Origin: Escherichia phage PhaxI
Direction: 5' to 3' (one strand)
Length of the DNA stretch: 64,000 nucleotides
Sequence record: JN673056
The position numbers and the translations under genes were made by a program. Positions 29,586 to 39,766 of this stretch are shown one piece after another. The notes beneath the pieces are model-generated. The model did no database searches and was not told the origin of the DNA. It saw nothing but the letters and a program-made list of their open reading frames with translations. Positions within the stretch are counted from its first letter, which is position 1; the number at the start of each line of letters is the position of its first letter.

Positions 29586-32369
29586 TTAAATAGAAGAATC
29601 CAATATACGGTAACTAATTAACTTAGTAGGGTCTACAGGATTAATCAGGTTGTAGTACCGTGAAGATACATAATCATTCTCAGAAGAGAACATACCAACA
29701 TACACTTTAGCACCTACACCAGAACAGGCATCCCCACCAGCATTGCTATCCGAGAAGAATGTTAATGAGGAAGTTAATCCGAATATAGAATTAAATGGTA
29801 CGGCTAAATAAGCGCCTCGGAATGACCGTCTGATTCTCTTACCCGTCTGAATATTAAGAATACTCCACCAGAAATATCCAGGTTTAGCACCAATAGCTAT
29901 ATGATATGGTACACCACTTTGTAGTTTAAGGTCGTTAGGTAAATCCCCAGATAAAATTTGGGTTGTACCATCGCCCCCCAATAGCAAAGCAATTGTTTGT
30001 TTTCCAGAAGCGTCTATAACTAATTGAAGATGAAGACTGTTGGATGTATCACTAAACCCTGAACCAATGGCCATGAAGTTAAATACTTCAGCTCCAGATA
30101 TGGTAGGTACTACAACAGCAGCCATGGTAATACCTTCTGGACCTGCTGTTCTTGAATACAGTAATTTATCTTTGTTGGCTTGTGATAGTCTCAGACCATT
30201 TACTTGCCCTACAGAAGATGGGACACTTACATAAACAGGTGTAGTGCTAACACCATCAAATGTAGGGGTCTCGTTCATGGTTTGCAAACCAGTCTTGGAA
30301 TAATTAACCAATCCGTTAATGCTCAGGTCGGAATTGGTGGGGTTGATAATATTGTTATCACCAATAAAGTTAATGCCCATATAACCAGTCTCAACCACAC
30401 CATTAATGGTGACACTACAATCATTAGACAGGAACTGAAAATTGCCTGCACTAGAGTTAGCACCTGAACCACTATTCGCGGCATAATTGAGTCCTACGAA
30501 TCCGTTGATAACTGCATCGCTTTTGTTAAATACGATGTTGTAGAAAGTGTTGTTAGCATTGATGCCGTTACGATTGGTGTTCAATCCGTTCATGGAAATT
30601 GAATATGAATCGCTAATCTCAATGCCATTCCCGCCACAATCTTGTACCTCAATACCATTAATAACCATATTCTGGCTGTTATTAATAGTAATGCCTGGGA
30701 ACTGTCCTACTGTACCATAAGGTTGCCAGTTAGCCCAAATGAATTTACCGCCCAATAAATACGAACCATTACCACAACCATCAAGAACCAGACATTGTTT
30801 ACCGCAGGTATTAACCTGGATATTTGTCCAAGTCCAATCAGTAGTAGCACAACGGACACCCACCTGATTGATGTGGTTGACTAAAAGAGAATCTGTAGTA
30901 ACACTAAAGTTACCACTATCAATATTTAACCCATATTCATCAAAACCTGCTATATGGACCTTAGAAATACACAAGTCGCGTCTTGGGTCTGCGGTAGTGT
31001 GGAACGGATAATCGGCTGAGAGACCTGAAGGAGTTTCTACATAGATACCTGTTGTGCCCGCAGTAAATGGCATGCCTTGTTGTGCACCTGTGCCATATAC
31101 CCCAAAGGCGTCTAATACAATAAGGGAGCATGTATCTTTTATGGTAATACAATTCCCAGTAGCAGAAGGCAACTGATGCAACCTTGAGTAATGTAATCCA
31201 GACCCATAAATAGACGACGTATTATATTTTAACTGGATATTGCTAACGTAATGTGCATCAGTTAATTGTGTGGCCTTACCACTATCCACACAAGATTGTA
31301 CTGGAATAGTATCATCATTAGAACCACCCAAAGCACCAAACATGAATGGGTTAACTCTATCAGCATTAACACGTAACCATGCCGCGCCGCCAACAGTTTT
31401 GATCACAGTACCGTTATTATCAGTCTTTCCTGTACCATCAATTAACGCACGGAATACCCCTCCACCAAGAAGAGTACCCGCAGTGTGTTGCTTAAGAATA
31501 ATGCGTTGTCCATCCATAGTGGGTTCAGTATTCCTGAGATCAGCAACAGAATGGCATTCTCCAATATACTTGGCACCATCATTGCGCCCCAGAGTGTTTA
31601 TCACATTAATAAATGAATCCTCTAAAGGCAACAAATCAACCTGCACATCACCTGGGTTGTAATTCAATTTCCCAGCAGATACAGAAGAAATGACAGAACC
31701 ATCAGGAATGGTTGGTAAACCATAACTGGTTTGCGTCGCTATATCATAAACAACTTTCTTCCCATCCAACAAAGATATGGTGTCCGTACTAACGATGACT
31801 TCAGAGTCTTTTACATTAGCAGAACGGGCGATTTCTTGAATACTTCGGTCAAACGCCGGACTGATATTCGGTTGTTTAACAGACATTTCAGCGACTACCC
31901 AAACGCCTGCAGTCAGTGCAGTTTGCAAAGACACTTTCCCTGTCGTGCTGTTATAGGAATATTCAATTTCGGGTGTTTTGTACTCGCCACCGATATAAAG
32001 AGATTGGACACCATAGGATGTGAAATCAGGAGTGAACTCGGTTTCACCTCCCACGGCCTGAAATTTGTATATGCGGATACCTTTGGCTGTATCTTCTGGC
32101 GAAAGAATTTTATCGAATAAGCAATACACAACATCGCCTTTGGACAATGCGCGCCCGAGATTCAACGTATTTCCTTCGATTTCAAAGTTGTCTAACGGAA
32201 CTTGCATACCACCGTTGATTGTGACTACGCCAGTGACAGGATAGAACGGCAAGGAAAGGAAAGTTTCTCCACCAACATTTGATTTATACGTGAAAGGAAT
32301 CTGGTGGGGAGCTGTGATTACGCCGCCGAATAATTCTTCTACATTTCTGGTCATTTGAAAATACCCCAT
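29586..32369 (-). CDS. tailspike protein with right-handed beta-helix-like domain (927 aa)
   Basis: Asn/Gly/Ser-rich repeats such as NGIEISDSYSISMNGLNTNRNGINANN; related anchor segment near residue 170; CTAAATACCCC motif upstream. Confidence 0.65.
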   Translation of the reverse strand: MGYFQMTRNVEELFGGVITAPHQIPFTYKSNVGGETFLSLPFYPVTGVVTINGGMQVPLDNFEIEGNTLNLGRALSKGDVVYCLFDKILSPEDTAKGIRIYKFQAVGGETEFTPDFTSYGVQSLYIGGEYKTPEIEYSYNSTTGKVSLQTALTAGVWVVAEMSVKQPNISPAFDRSIQEIARSANVKDSEVIVSTDTISLLDGKKVVYDIATQTSYGLPTIPDGSVISSVSAGKLNYNPGDVQVDLLPLEDSFINVINTLGRNDGAKYIGECHSVADLRNTEPTMDGQRIILKQHTAGTLLGGGVFRALIDGTGKTDNNGTVIKTVGGAAWLRVNADRVNPFMFGALGGSNDDTIPVQSCVDSGKATQLTDAHYVSNIQLKYNTSSIYGSGLHYSRLHQLPSATGNCITIKDTCSLIVLDAFGVYGTGAQQGMPFTAGTTGIYVETPSGLSADYPFHTTADPRRDLCISKVHIAGFDEYGLNIDSGNFSVTTDSLLVNHINQVGVRCATTDWTWTNIQVNTCGKQCLVLDGCGNGSYLLGGKFIWANWQPYGTVGQFPGITINNSQNMVINGIEVQDCGGNGIEISDSYSISMNGLNTNRNGINANNTFYNIVFNKSDAVINGFVGLNYAANSGSGANSSAGNFQFLSNDCSVTINGVVETGYMGINFIGDNNIINPTNSDLSINGLVNYSKTGLQTMNETPTFDGVSTTPVYVSVPSSVGQVNGLRLSQANKDKLLYSRTAGPEGITMAAVVVPTISGAEVFNFMAIGSGFSDTSNSLHLQLVIDASGKQTIALLLGGDGTTQILSGDLPNDLKLQSGVPYHIAIGAKPGYFWWSILNIQTGKRIRRSFRGAYLAVPFNSIFGLTSSLTFFSDSNAGGDACSGVGAKVYVGMFSSENDYVSSRYYNLINPVDPTKLISYRILDSSI

Positions 32370-32386
32370 AAAGGATTTGCCAATAT

Positions 32387-32397
32387 GGGGTATTTAG
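32387..32397 (-). promoter_or_regulatory. late-promoter-like motif CTAAATACCCC
   Basis: Minus-strand CTAAATACCCC upstream of the 927-aa tailspike gene; embedded in inverted repeat AAATACCCCAT...ATGGGGTATTT. Confidence 0.45.
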
Positions 32398-32459
32398 GCT
32401 GAACTAATAAAATTTATAATAAGATCCCCCCGCTTTTGGCGAGGAGGGATGGTTGTTAA

Positions 32460-35400
32460 TCATATCAATCCGTAAATGACATTGTGTATTGCAATACCAC
32501 CAACAATAGAGGAAACATTGAAATTAATTTCAGCTTTGTAAGCTCCTGGCGGAACGCAATCCACCAAAGCATAAAAGTTGAACGTGTTTCCTACTGGGAT
32601 GTTATATCCTATGGAATCCGCGACAGCATTTCCTTGCTGGTCCAGGAATCTAATTGATGCCAGGGTGGTTGTTGTATTTTTAGCCCAAAAACCAAGTTGA
32701 AAATAACGCCCAGGCTCACAGTCAATGATTGTCTGGGTGAAATTAGCCGCTGCACCCACTGATGGTACGGATAAGACAAAAGAAGTTGAAAACATTAAAT
32801 CATTAGGGACATCATTTCCTACAGTAGCGGTGACAACGCCGGATCCAGTTTGTGACAGCGCCCAGTTAGATATATTATTAAACTGTCCTGAACCGTTACT
32901 AATACTGTTTATATGAGGGCTTACAATGCATCCTAAATCCCAGTTACTTGTGATAAATCCTGCGCGTGGATAGCAACCTCTAGACATTACTTTTTTACTT
33001 AATCCGCCTATCAACTGCCTTGTGGCAAATCCAGTAGCAATCGTTGTATTCCCATAGAGTGGTAGCGAACAATTATTTAGAATAACAACCCCATCCCCGT
33101 TGTTTACAATAGGTACTGTAGAATAATCATTTGGCAACAGTATCGTCGAATCACTGATGCTTAATCGTGAACTACCATCCACAGTAAACCCAACGAAACT
33201 CTGACCTGGTTGATACTCAATGTTACCGTTTGTGAAAACCATAGTTGCGTTATCAGATAACGCGACAACAGGGTCAAAATATCGTGATTTTTTTACTGCT
33301 GGCAGAGAGCAGCTATCGAATATAAATTGACCATTAACAAACGTGAAAGGTCCACCGTTGTCAACCATCCAACAATGATTAAATTTTATAACCTCACCGG
33401 AATTCGCTGGTGAATTGAAAATAACAGAATTTGTAAAACTTCTGGACAACGTACATTTATCAAAAAGAATACGATATGCATTATCAAGAAACTCAATTCC
33501 GGCAGTTGAGATAAACCCGCAATTAGATATTCTTAACTCTGAGACTTCTCCACTGGTAGAACCACCGATCGCCAATTTCCTGGTCCCTTTTCCAACAAAT
33601 GACACTCCAGTCATTAACGCAGTTGCGTTAATTACATCTCTATTGGTGTAATCCGTGTCTGTATTAACAATGGTTAGATAGTAGCCGCCCGTTGCAGATG
33701 CAGATTCTATTAGAGTACATTTATTTTTTCCAATAAGTGCACCTTTTGCTATATCAAAAATAATCGGTGTTGTTATCTCACCAGAAACAGGGACTACACA
33801 GTCAAATCCGACGGCATTTATTTTATTGATGAATATAGCCAAATCTCCGGTTCCTGTATAACCAGCTTCGTACACATCCACCACACCGTTGAATAATTTC
33901 CTTTTCCAAACGACACCATTGCCTTGGAAAGTAACGATATTATCTACCACAGTATCTGAGTTAACAGCCACCATAACACCGCCACCAAGATTAAACCCGT
34001 CAACATACGAATCAAGAATTATAGAATCACCAATTAATCCTGCTATTGATGATAATTCAGAAACTGATGATACGGTTCCTATATAAGATAAGCCATTCGG
34101 TTTATTTAAATTACTTTTCAGAGATGCAACACCAACACTCAACCATGCACCTAAACCAACGCCACCAGATGTTTCAGGTGTTGAGCCAGCATCGACAGTT
34201 TTAGGAAGTGAACCATCCCAGCGATACTTACCGTTCGTATGGGTGAGTAATTCATTTTTAGTATTGATGACAGCACCAGAATCAAATGTCCCAGACAAGG
34301 TAACATACTCTTCACGAGATACAGCTAATGCGCCCAGATCAACACTACCAGCAGAATGCACAAGCACAGCCGAAGAACTAAGGCTGACCGCCGTGGTTCC
34401 AGTCGGTAGCTCTGGAATAAAATATGATCTCTGTGTTACTTTATCATAGATAACTTTATACCCGCTTAACACTGCACCAACACTAAAATAAACAACCTCT
34501 GTATCTTTAACATTGGTTACACGAGCCACTTCCCGCAAAGTATAATCAATTTGATTATAGATGTTTGGCGTTCCATTGATAATTACAACAACTTCATCCT
34601 CTGCATCCAGTTCTTGCGCAAGAGTGATTTTACTGGTTAATGGATCGAATGTGAACCCCAGGTTTTTATACTGGCGACTTCCGTTTATATCAATGGCTGG
34701 AACATCATCGACAACGATGTCTAACGTGATTTCGGTTTCACCACCAATCGCAGAACCACCATTATAGACCCAGGTAATCGTAGAAGAACTAGAACCACCG
34801 CCATTACCCAATTGAATAGGAGTATATTCTATTACCTGCAATTCAGTGCTGGCTGGCAAAGAAGGACTGAAAGTGATTACATTCCCATCTAATGAATATT
34901 TGGATTCCGCAAGACGTTTTCCGTCAGCATACACGTCCACAATTGTTGGTGGAGTATTGAGAGTGACAGCACTTGTTTCAGACGCCAAAATTTGTGTAAA
35001 GATTTCACGACTGTAGACACGGCCTTGACCAAGACCGACGCCGGATGTGATAACCCAACCTTGTTCATGTCCAGACCAAGTGAACGTTGCTGAAACATTA
35101 TCAGTTGTTATAGCCATGTCTTCAGTGGAACCATACAAATTATTTCCAGAAGGAGACACGGTCAATGGGTAAGTGGCAAATTTCCCATAAGCATCACAAA
35201 TAGTAACGGAATCCCCAATACGCGTAGGGGAAGGGAGAACCACTGTAGATGTCCCTGTGGTATTATTAATGAGATATCCACGACCTTCTAACAAATTGCT
35301 AGAGGGAGCGTGAGGGAGCGTTTCCCAGCGTATTCCACCACCCCCCAAAGACAACCAACCACCGTTTTCGTAATAACCTTCAAATTCATCACTATCAGGA

Positions 35401-35570
35401 TTGTAACGCACAGAAGATGGAAGACCTGTAACTTCAGTATCTTCAGGAAATGTCATTACGGCACCAGGGGAATGCTCAATAGTGCCGGAGTTGTTGAAGC
35501 CTTTTATGTTCGAAGACTCAGAAGTTTCTAAACCCAAAGGGAAAAGAGGCTGTGTTGGTTTGTTGGCCAT
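32460..35570 (-). CDS. tailspike protein (1036 aa)
   Basis: Internal domain VYFSVGAVLSGYKVIYDKVTQRSYFIP...YRWDG nearly identical to the N-terminus of the 474-aa ORF; beta-helix-like repeats; CTAAATACCCC motif upstream. Confidence 0.65.
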   Translation of the reverse strand: MANKPTQPLFPLGLETSESSNIKGFNNSGTIEHSPGAVMTFPEDTEVTGLPSSVRYNPDSDEFEGYYENGGWLSLGGGGIRWETLPHAPSSNLLEGRGYLINNTTGTSTVVLPSPTRIGDSVTICDAYGKFATYPLTVSPSGNNLYGSTEDMAITTDNVSATFTWSGHEQGWVITSGVGLGQGRVYSREIFTQILASETSAVTLNTPPTIVDVYADGKRLAESKYSLDGNVITFSPSLPASTELQVIEYTPIQLGNGGGSSSSTITWVYNGGSAIGGETEITLDIVVDDVPAIDINGSRQYKNLGFTFDPLTSKITLAQELDAEDEVVVIINGTPNIYNQIDYTLREVARVTNVKDTEVVYFSVGAVLSGYKVIYDKVTQRSYFIPELPTGTTAVSLSSSAVLVHSAGSVDLGALAVSREEYVTLSGTFDSGAVINTKNELLTHTNGKYRWDGSLPKTVDAGSTPETSGGVGLGAWLSVGVASLKSNLNKPNGLSYIGTVSSVSELSSIAGLIGDSIILDSYVDGFNLGGGVMVAVNSDTVVDNIVTFQGNGVVWKRKLFNGVVDVYEAGYTGTGDLAIFINKINAVGFDCVVPVSGEITTPIIFDIAKGALIGKNKCTLIESASATGGYYLTIVNTDTDYTNRDVINATALMTGVSFVGKGTRKLAIGGSTSGEVSELRISNCGFISTAGIEFLDNAYRILFDKCTLSRSFTNSVIFNSPANSGEVIKFNHCWMVDNGGPFTFVNGQFIFDSCSLPAVKKSRYFDPVVALSDNATMVFTNGNIEYQPGQSFVGFTVDGSSRLSISDSTILLPNDYSTVPIVNNGDGVVILNNCSLPLYGNTTIATGFATRQLIGGLSKKVMSRGCYPRAGFITSNWDLGCIVSPHINSISNGSGQFNNISNWALSQTGSGVVTATVGNDVPNDLMFSTSFVLSVPSVGAAANFTQTIIDCEPGRYFQLGFWAKNTTTTLASIRFLDQQGNAVADSIGYNIPVGNTFNFYALVDCVPPGAYKAEINFNVSSIVGGIAIHNVIYGLI

Positions 35571-35603
35571 TTGTAATACCCCTAAATGTATTCATGTCAT
35601 CTA

Positions 35604-35614
35604 GGGGTATTTAG
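35604..35614 (-). promoter_or_regulatory. late-promoter-like motif CTAAATACCCC
   Basis: Minus-strand CTAAATACCCC upstream of the 1036-aa tailspike gene; inverted repeat with TAATACCCCTA at 35574-35584. Confidence 0.45.
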
Positions 35615-35616
35615 TT

Positions 35617-36807
35617 TTAGAAAGAAGCTGCAATAGAATAGTCGACAGAACAAGCAGTTGTCGTGTTTGCATTAACAACGGAAATTCTCAATTTACCACC
35701 CACCACAGCCCCTGTGAACGTCACTGTACCGCTCGTACTTTTCTGAACCAACAACTCTGTTTTGATCGTTCCGTCACGAGTTATGGTTACTCGATATGTG
35801 TCAACAACGTTACCTGTCCCCCATTGCGCAGTTACCAGTATTTGACAAAGGTTCACCAAATCAAAATCTGGAAGAGCCGTCGTTCCAGAAGCCGAAACCG
35901 TGTATGACGACAAATTCGTTTTGGTACGATAAACGGCGTTCCCCAAACTATTGTCGATAGAGGTCATCTTGGCATTATACGTTGATACACTAACTTTATC
36001 ACTGGAAAGAGAACTGATGCTGTTATCCAGAGATGTCATCTTCGTGTTGTACGTGCTAACCTCGACTTTATTACCCAGAGACGTATTGATATTGGAGATA
36101 CTCAAATCCAATGACGCCATCTTAGTGTTGTAAGTCGAGGTGTTGACTTTCCCGTTCAACGACGTGTTGATGTTATTAATCTGGGACTCTAAACTCAGCA
36201 TATCTGCATCATACGCTGTCGTTGTCACATATCCATTAAATCGGTTATCTGCAAACAACGCATCAAAAAATGCAGTCATTGTCCAATAATGCGCTCCAGA
36301 ATCTGTTTGTACTGGAACTGAAGTCGGCAACGTTGGTCCGGTATACGCAGACAATCTGGTGAAATCCAAATTGAATTTGTAATATCCGGATGTCAACAAC
36401 TCCCCAGCCAAACCAGAACCAGGCGGGGTAGTGTCTTCACTGACGCCATGCTTTCTCAACATGCTCAGGTTAACACCATCTGTTGAGTTCGTTGGTTCAT
36501 CTGTTATTGAAACAGATTTTCCGGCGGGAACTTGTATGCCCCCATTGGTCACCAACAACGCATTGAAAGTCTTTTTACCATTGATCGTTTGCTCGCCACT
36601 ATCTGTCCGAATAACTTTGTTAGCCAGAGTATCGTTGATTGTGTCAACAGATCTTTTCAACTCATAAGTCAGACGAGCAGAAGGCGGAAACAATGGGTCA
36701 CTAACTTCAAAATCATCAATGACGTCGTTTTTACTTACTTTGTCGTCAACAGAACCCAATATCTGATCTATCTGCTGACCTGTATATTGACTCAGAAATC
36801 GGGCCAT
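35617..36807 (-). CDS. tail fiber-like protein with tandem coiled-coil repeats (396 aa)
   Basis: Four repeats of about 24 aa of the form VxxSTYNTKMxSLDxSISN; SD AAGGAG. Confidence 0.55.
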   Translation of the reverse strand: MARFLSQYTGQQIDQILGSVDDKVSKNDVIDDFEVSDPLFPPSARLTYELKRSVDTINDTLANKVIRTDSGEQTINGKKTFNALLVTNGGIQVPAGKSVSITDEPTNSTDGVNLSMLRKHGVSEDTTPPGSGLAGELLTSGYYKFNLDFTRLSAYTGPTLPTSVPVQTDSGAHYWTMTAFFDALFADNRFNGYVTTTAYDADMLSLESQINNINTSLNGKVNTSTYNTKMASLDLSISNINTSLGNKVEVSTYNTKMTSLDNSISSLSSDKVSVSTYNAKMTSIDNSLGNAVYRTKTNLSSYTVSASGTTALPDFDLVNLCQILVTAQWGTGNVVDTYRVTITRDGTIKTELLVQKSTSGTVTFTGAVVGGKLRISVVNANTTTACSVDYSIAASF

Positions 36808-36810
36808 TTT

Positions 36811-37638
36811 TTAGCTCCTTGTGCTTTCTAGGAATACAGTAAATCCAGCGGGATGAAAATGCTGACGGAAGACGCGCTCAAACACACCTTCAAAATCAGA
36901 TACGTCGCCTGGGACTCCTATAACATAAGTGTATTCATCATAATAGTAATCATCACGCATCCCTGTCGTGCCGTCACATTCAAAATTTCCGTCCAGACCG
37001 CCTATGTCTTCTTTCGTAAAATAGACGCTGACTGGACAACCAAAATATATCCAAAAGAACAATTCAATCGCTTTCTTTGTTCCACGTATTTTATAGATGT
37101 GTTTCAACAATTTCAACCAACGCGGATGATCCAGAGTTCTCCGTTTCGTTCCTTCGATATAAACAGAGAACGTATCGCCCGTGGCCGTCAATAAAGAATC
37201 CGAACCGACTGGGATAAAATGTCCAAATTCTTGAAATGATTTATCAACAGTTCGTTGGAAACCAAAATCATTATACCAGTCATCTATCTGTTTGTTCTTA
37301 TCTTCTATTGACAGTAGCGGCCTTCCGTCGGAATCTAAAAGTTCTTCGGCATCCAGAGCCATCATGTTCTCAAAGGTACGAACCAAGAATTTATCAGACA
37401 AATAATCCTTGGCCTCTGAGCCTGGCTGCTTAACTGGAGAATCTTCACTCTCAGGATTCATCCAACTAGACGTATCTGCCAGATATGCCAAGATCTCTTC
37501 TTGAGTGAACCCCTGCTGTCTATACAACCAATTGAAGAACGTGTCCATAAATTCTATGAACAGAGGGAAATCATTCTGGTAGAACAACGGAGTTTCATAC
37601 TTAACCCCGTTGTGTCCATTATTAAGATCTTTGGACAT
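36811..37638 (-). CDS. baseplate wedge-associated protein (start uncertain)
   Basis: Directly downstream of and overlapping gp6-like gene; ATG at 37638 with SD AGAGGTG chosen over track start 37671 (TTG). Confidence 0.4.
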   Translation of the reverse strand: MSKDLNNGHNGVKYETPLFYQNDFPLFIEFMDTFFNWLYRQQGFTQEEILAYLADTSSWMNPESEDSPVKQPGSEAKDYLSDKFLVRTFENMMALDAEELLDSDGRPLLSIEDKNKQIDDWYNDFGFQRTVDKSFQEFGHFIPVGSDSLLTATGDTFSVYIEGTKRRTLDHPRWLKLLKHIYKIRGTKKAIELFFWIYFGCPVSVYFTKEDIGGLDGNFECDGTTGMRDDYYYDEYTYVIGVPGDVSDFEGVFERVFRQHFHPAGFTVFLESTRS

Positions 37639-39403
37639 AGCGCACCTCTGGCGTAACAACCACATCACCAATCTTGAATACTTGGTTTTGTGTAGCCTGT
37701 ATGTTCTGGTTCAGTCCATCCGGTAACACGACTATGGTCACCCCTTCAGGGTTATAGTTAGAGACCGTGATCTGCTGAAGGTCTACAACCCCATTTGCAT
37801 AATCCACAACCCCTGTTTTTTGAACTAAAAACTCTTTTGTCGTGTCATTGTTATTCACTTTATACATGTTCAGATCGCCATTATCGTCGCGCATGTAGTA
37901 AGTGAAATCCACCTCGGCAGGAAGCGGTTTGAACCCCGTTATTTTCACAGAACCAGGTTTGATACTTCGTCCATAACTGAATGTGAAACTGTCTAAGGCT
38001 CCATAATCAGGTTTGAAATGGCGTTTATAACCAACTGAAGTAATATTCGAGTTGATAGAACGTTCCATTTTTGTAATTGCTTCCTGCAATATTTCTTTGT
38101 CAAACAATTGGTCAAATCCGCCGAGATTATTTTCACCCCATTTAACGATACTGTTTCCAACAACAACTTTCATCTGTTCTTCAACGTAGACTGTAGAAGT
38201 AGGATCCCAAAATATAGTCGTTGAGACTTGGATATATGTGATCTCGGAATCTACCACTTTGGGGGTGATAGATCCCACATTATACTTGTCCAGAGCAGCA
38301 ACGATATCGGCCTTCTCAGCGTCCGAAAGTGTCTCACCAACAGAAGGTATAACAGCGATGTAAACATAGCCAGAATCAGGAGGAGACAGCGTGTCACCAC
38401 CATATGATTTAGCTCGGGAGACGTTGGAGAATAACCTTTCAGTCAATACACCATAATCTGTTTCTGTAACCGCAGCACCATCAGCCTGATAAGCTAAAGG
38501 AGCCAACCGTTTAGTGTCCTCAATAGATTCCGGATCGTCCCCACCTGCGCTACGTTCGGAAACCAATTCTACATCGACCTGGTTAAACCCGCCTATGGAT
38601 GACGCTGATGACAGGCTTGTGATATCATTCCCATCAGCACCAGAAGTTTCTAAGTATTGAAGGAATATGACGTTCCCATCTTCTACTCGACGCGAAAGAT
38701 AACCATCTCCAAATTCAAACACATACAGACCGTCAATACCCAATTCTACGAAATACAGGTAGGCATATTGGCTCAGATCAAATGGAATGTTGTAACGTTG
38801 ATATGTCGTCGAAACGTCGGAAGACTCTGATTCTTGTACTTGCACGACCATATGATTGATATCGACATTCCCAGAAGGAATCGTGTATGTTGAAATCGCG
38901 CTTCCTTCAACATCATATGTCTTGTACAACCAATTCCCCTGTATCAACTTTACATTATTGAACATGTAATAACCGTCTGCGGTCAACGTTGCCGACACTG
39001 GTTTCTCAACAGTAAAGTTGTAGGAACTGCCGTCTTTTGCCCCAACGAACATCACACGCCGATCCATGATGATCTCATTGGGGGCTGTGCTGGCGTCATA
39101 AGGCGTAACTTTGATGTTGACATACATGTATGCTGCCCGATAGTTGTCAGGCGTGTAGGAAAGAAATGCAGCAGATAAACCGACGTTTGAACGTTGATTT
39201 GCTGTCTTCAAATGGCCTTCACCATTAAGCATGTTTTGCATAAAGGCTATGGCGTTCGCGTCAGATGCCAACAAACGAATAATCGCACTAAGACCAGAAC
39301 CTTCAAAGTCATAATCTTTAAAGGTGGGATCAGCTTTCATTCGCTGTTTAATAATGTATTCAAATGCTCTGACGTCGAGTGAAGGAACTGTTTGCGTGGC
39401 CAT
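37622..39403 (-). CDS. gp6: baseplate wedge protein, T4 gp6-like
   Basis: FKDYDFEGSGLSAIIRLLA matches T4 gp6 FLDYDFEGSRLNVLCDLLA; GGDDPESIEDTKRLAP matches GGGDPEDIERIRELGT; ATG at 39403 with SD GGAG (track start 39454 is TTG). Confidence 0.8.
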   Translation of the reverse strand: MATQTVPSLDVRAFEYIIKQRMKADPTFKDYDFEGSGLSAIIRLLASDANAIAFMQNMLNGEGHLKTANQRSNVGLSAAFLSYTPDNYRAAYMYVNIKVTPYDASTAPNEIIMDRRVMFVGAKDGSSYNFTVEKPVSATLTADGYYMFNNVKLIQGNWLYKTYDVEGSAISTYTIPSGNVDINHMVVQVQESESSDVSTTYQRYNIPFDLSQYAYLYFVELGIDGLYVFEFGDGYLSRRVEDGNVIFLQYLETSGADGNDITSLSSASSIGGFNQVDVELVSERSAGGDDPESIEDTKRLAPLAYQADGAAVTETDYGVLTERLFSNVSRAKSYGGDTLSPPDSGYVYIAVIPSVGETLSDAEKADIVAALDKYNVGSITPKVVDSEITYIQVSTTIFWDPTSTVYVEEQMKVVVGNSIVKWGENNLGGFDQLFDKEILQEAITKMERSINSNITSVGYKRHFKPDYGALDSFTFSYGRSIKPGSVKITGFKPLPAEVDFTYYMRDDNGDLNMYKVNNNDTTKEFLVQKTGVVDYANGVVDLQQITVSNYNPEGVTIVVLPDGLNQNIQATQNQVFKIGDVVVTPEVRYVQRS

Positions 39404-39443
39404 GATAATCTCCATCACCTGAGTTTGAATATGGTGTTGAAGA

Positions 39444-39450
39444 TATTTAG
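39444..39450 (-). promoter_or_regulatory. late-promoter-like motif CTAAATAT
   Basis: About 41 nt upstream of the gp6-like ATG at 39403. Confidence 0.4.
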
Positions 39451-39766
39451 CCAACGGGAATCAAAACGCTCGCGCGCGTTTAATTTATTCGAATATACTC
39501 GCGAGGGGGCTGACGCCCTCGCTCGTAACACCGCCTTGACAGGCAGTCCCATTCCGCAGCCATGGAGGCTGCTTCTCGTTGTTCGTTAACACTCACAACT
39601 CGAAGGGCACCGCGTTAAGATACAGTTTCTTGATGTTGTAGAAAAGTAGTTTTTACCTATTAATAATCACTGTCATTATTTTATTGGCCATTCCTGCGTT
39701 TATATTCAATAAACGTATCCCCAATATAATAATGGAGACATTTAATCAATTCGGTGAGGCTCCGGA

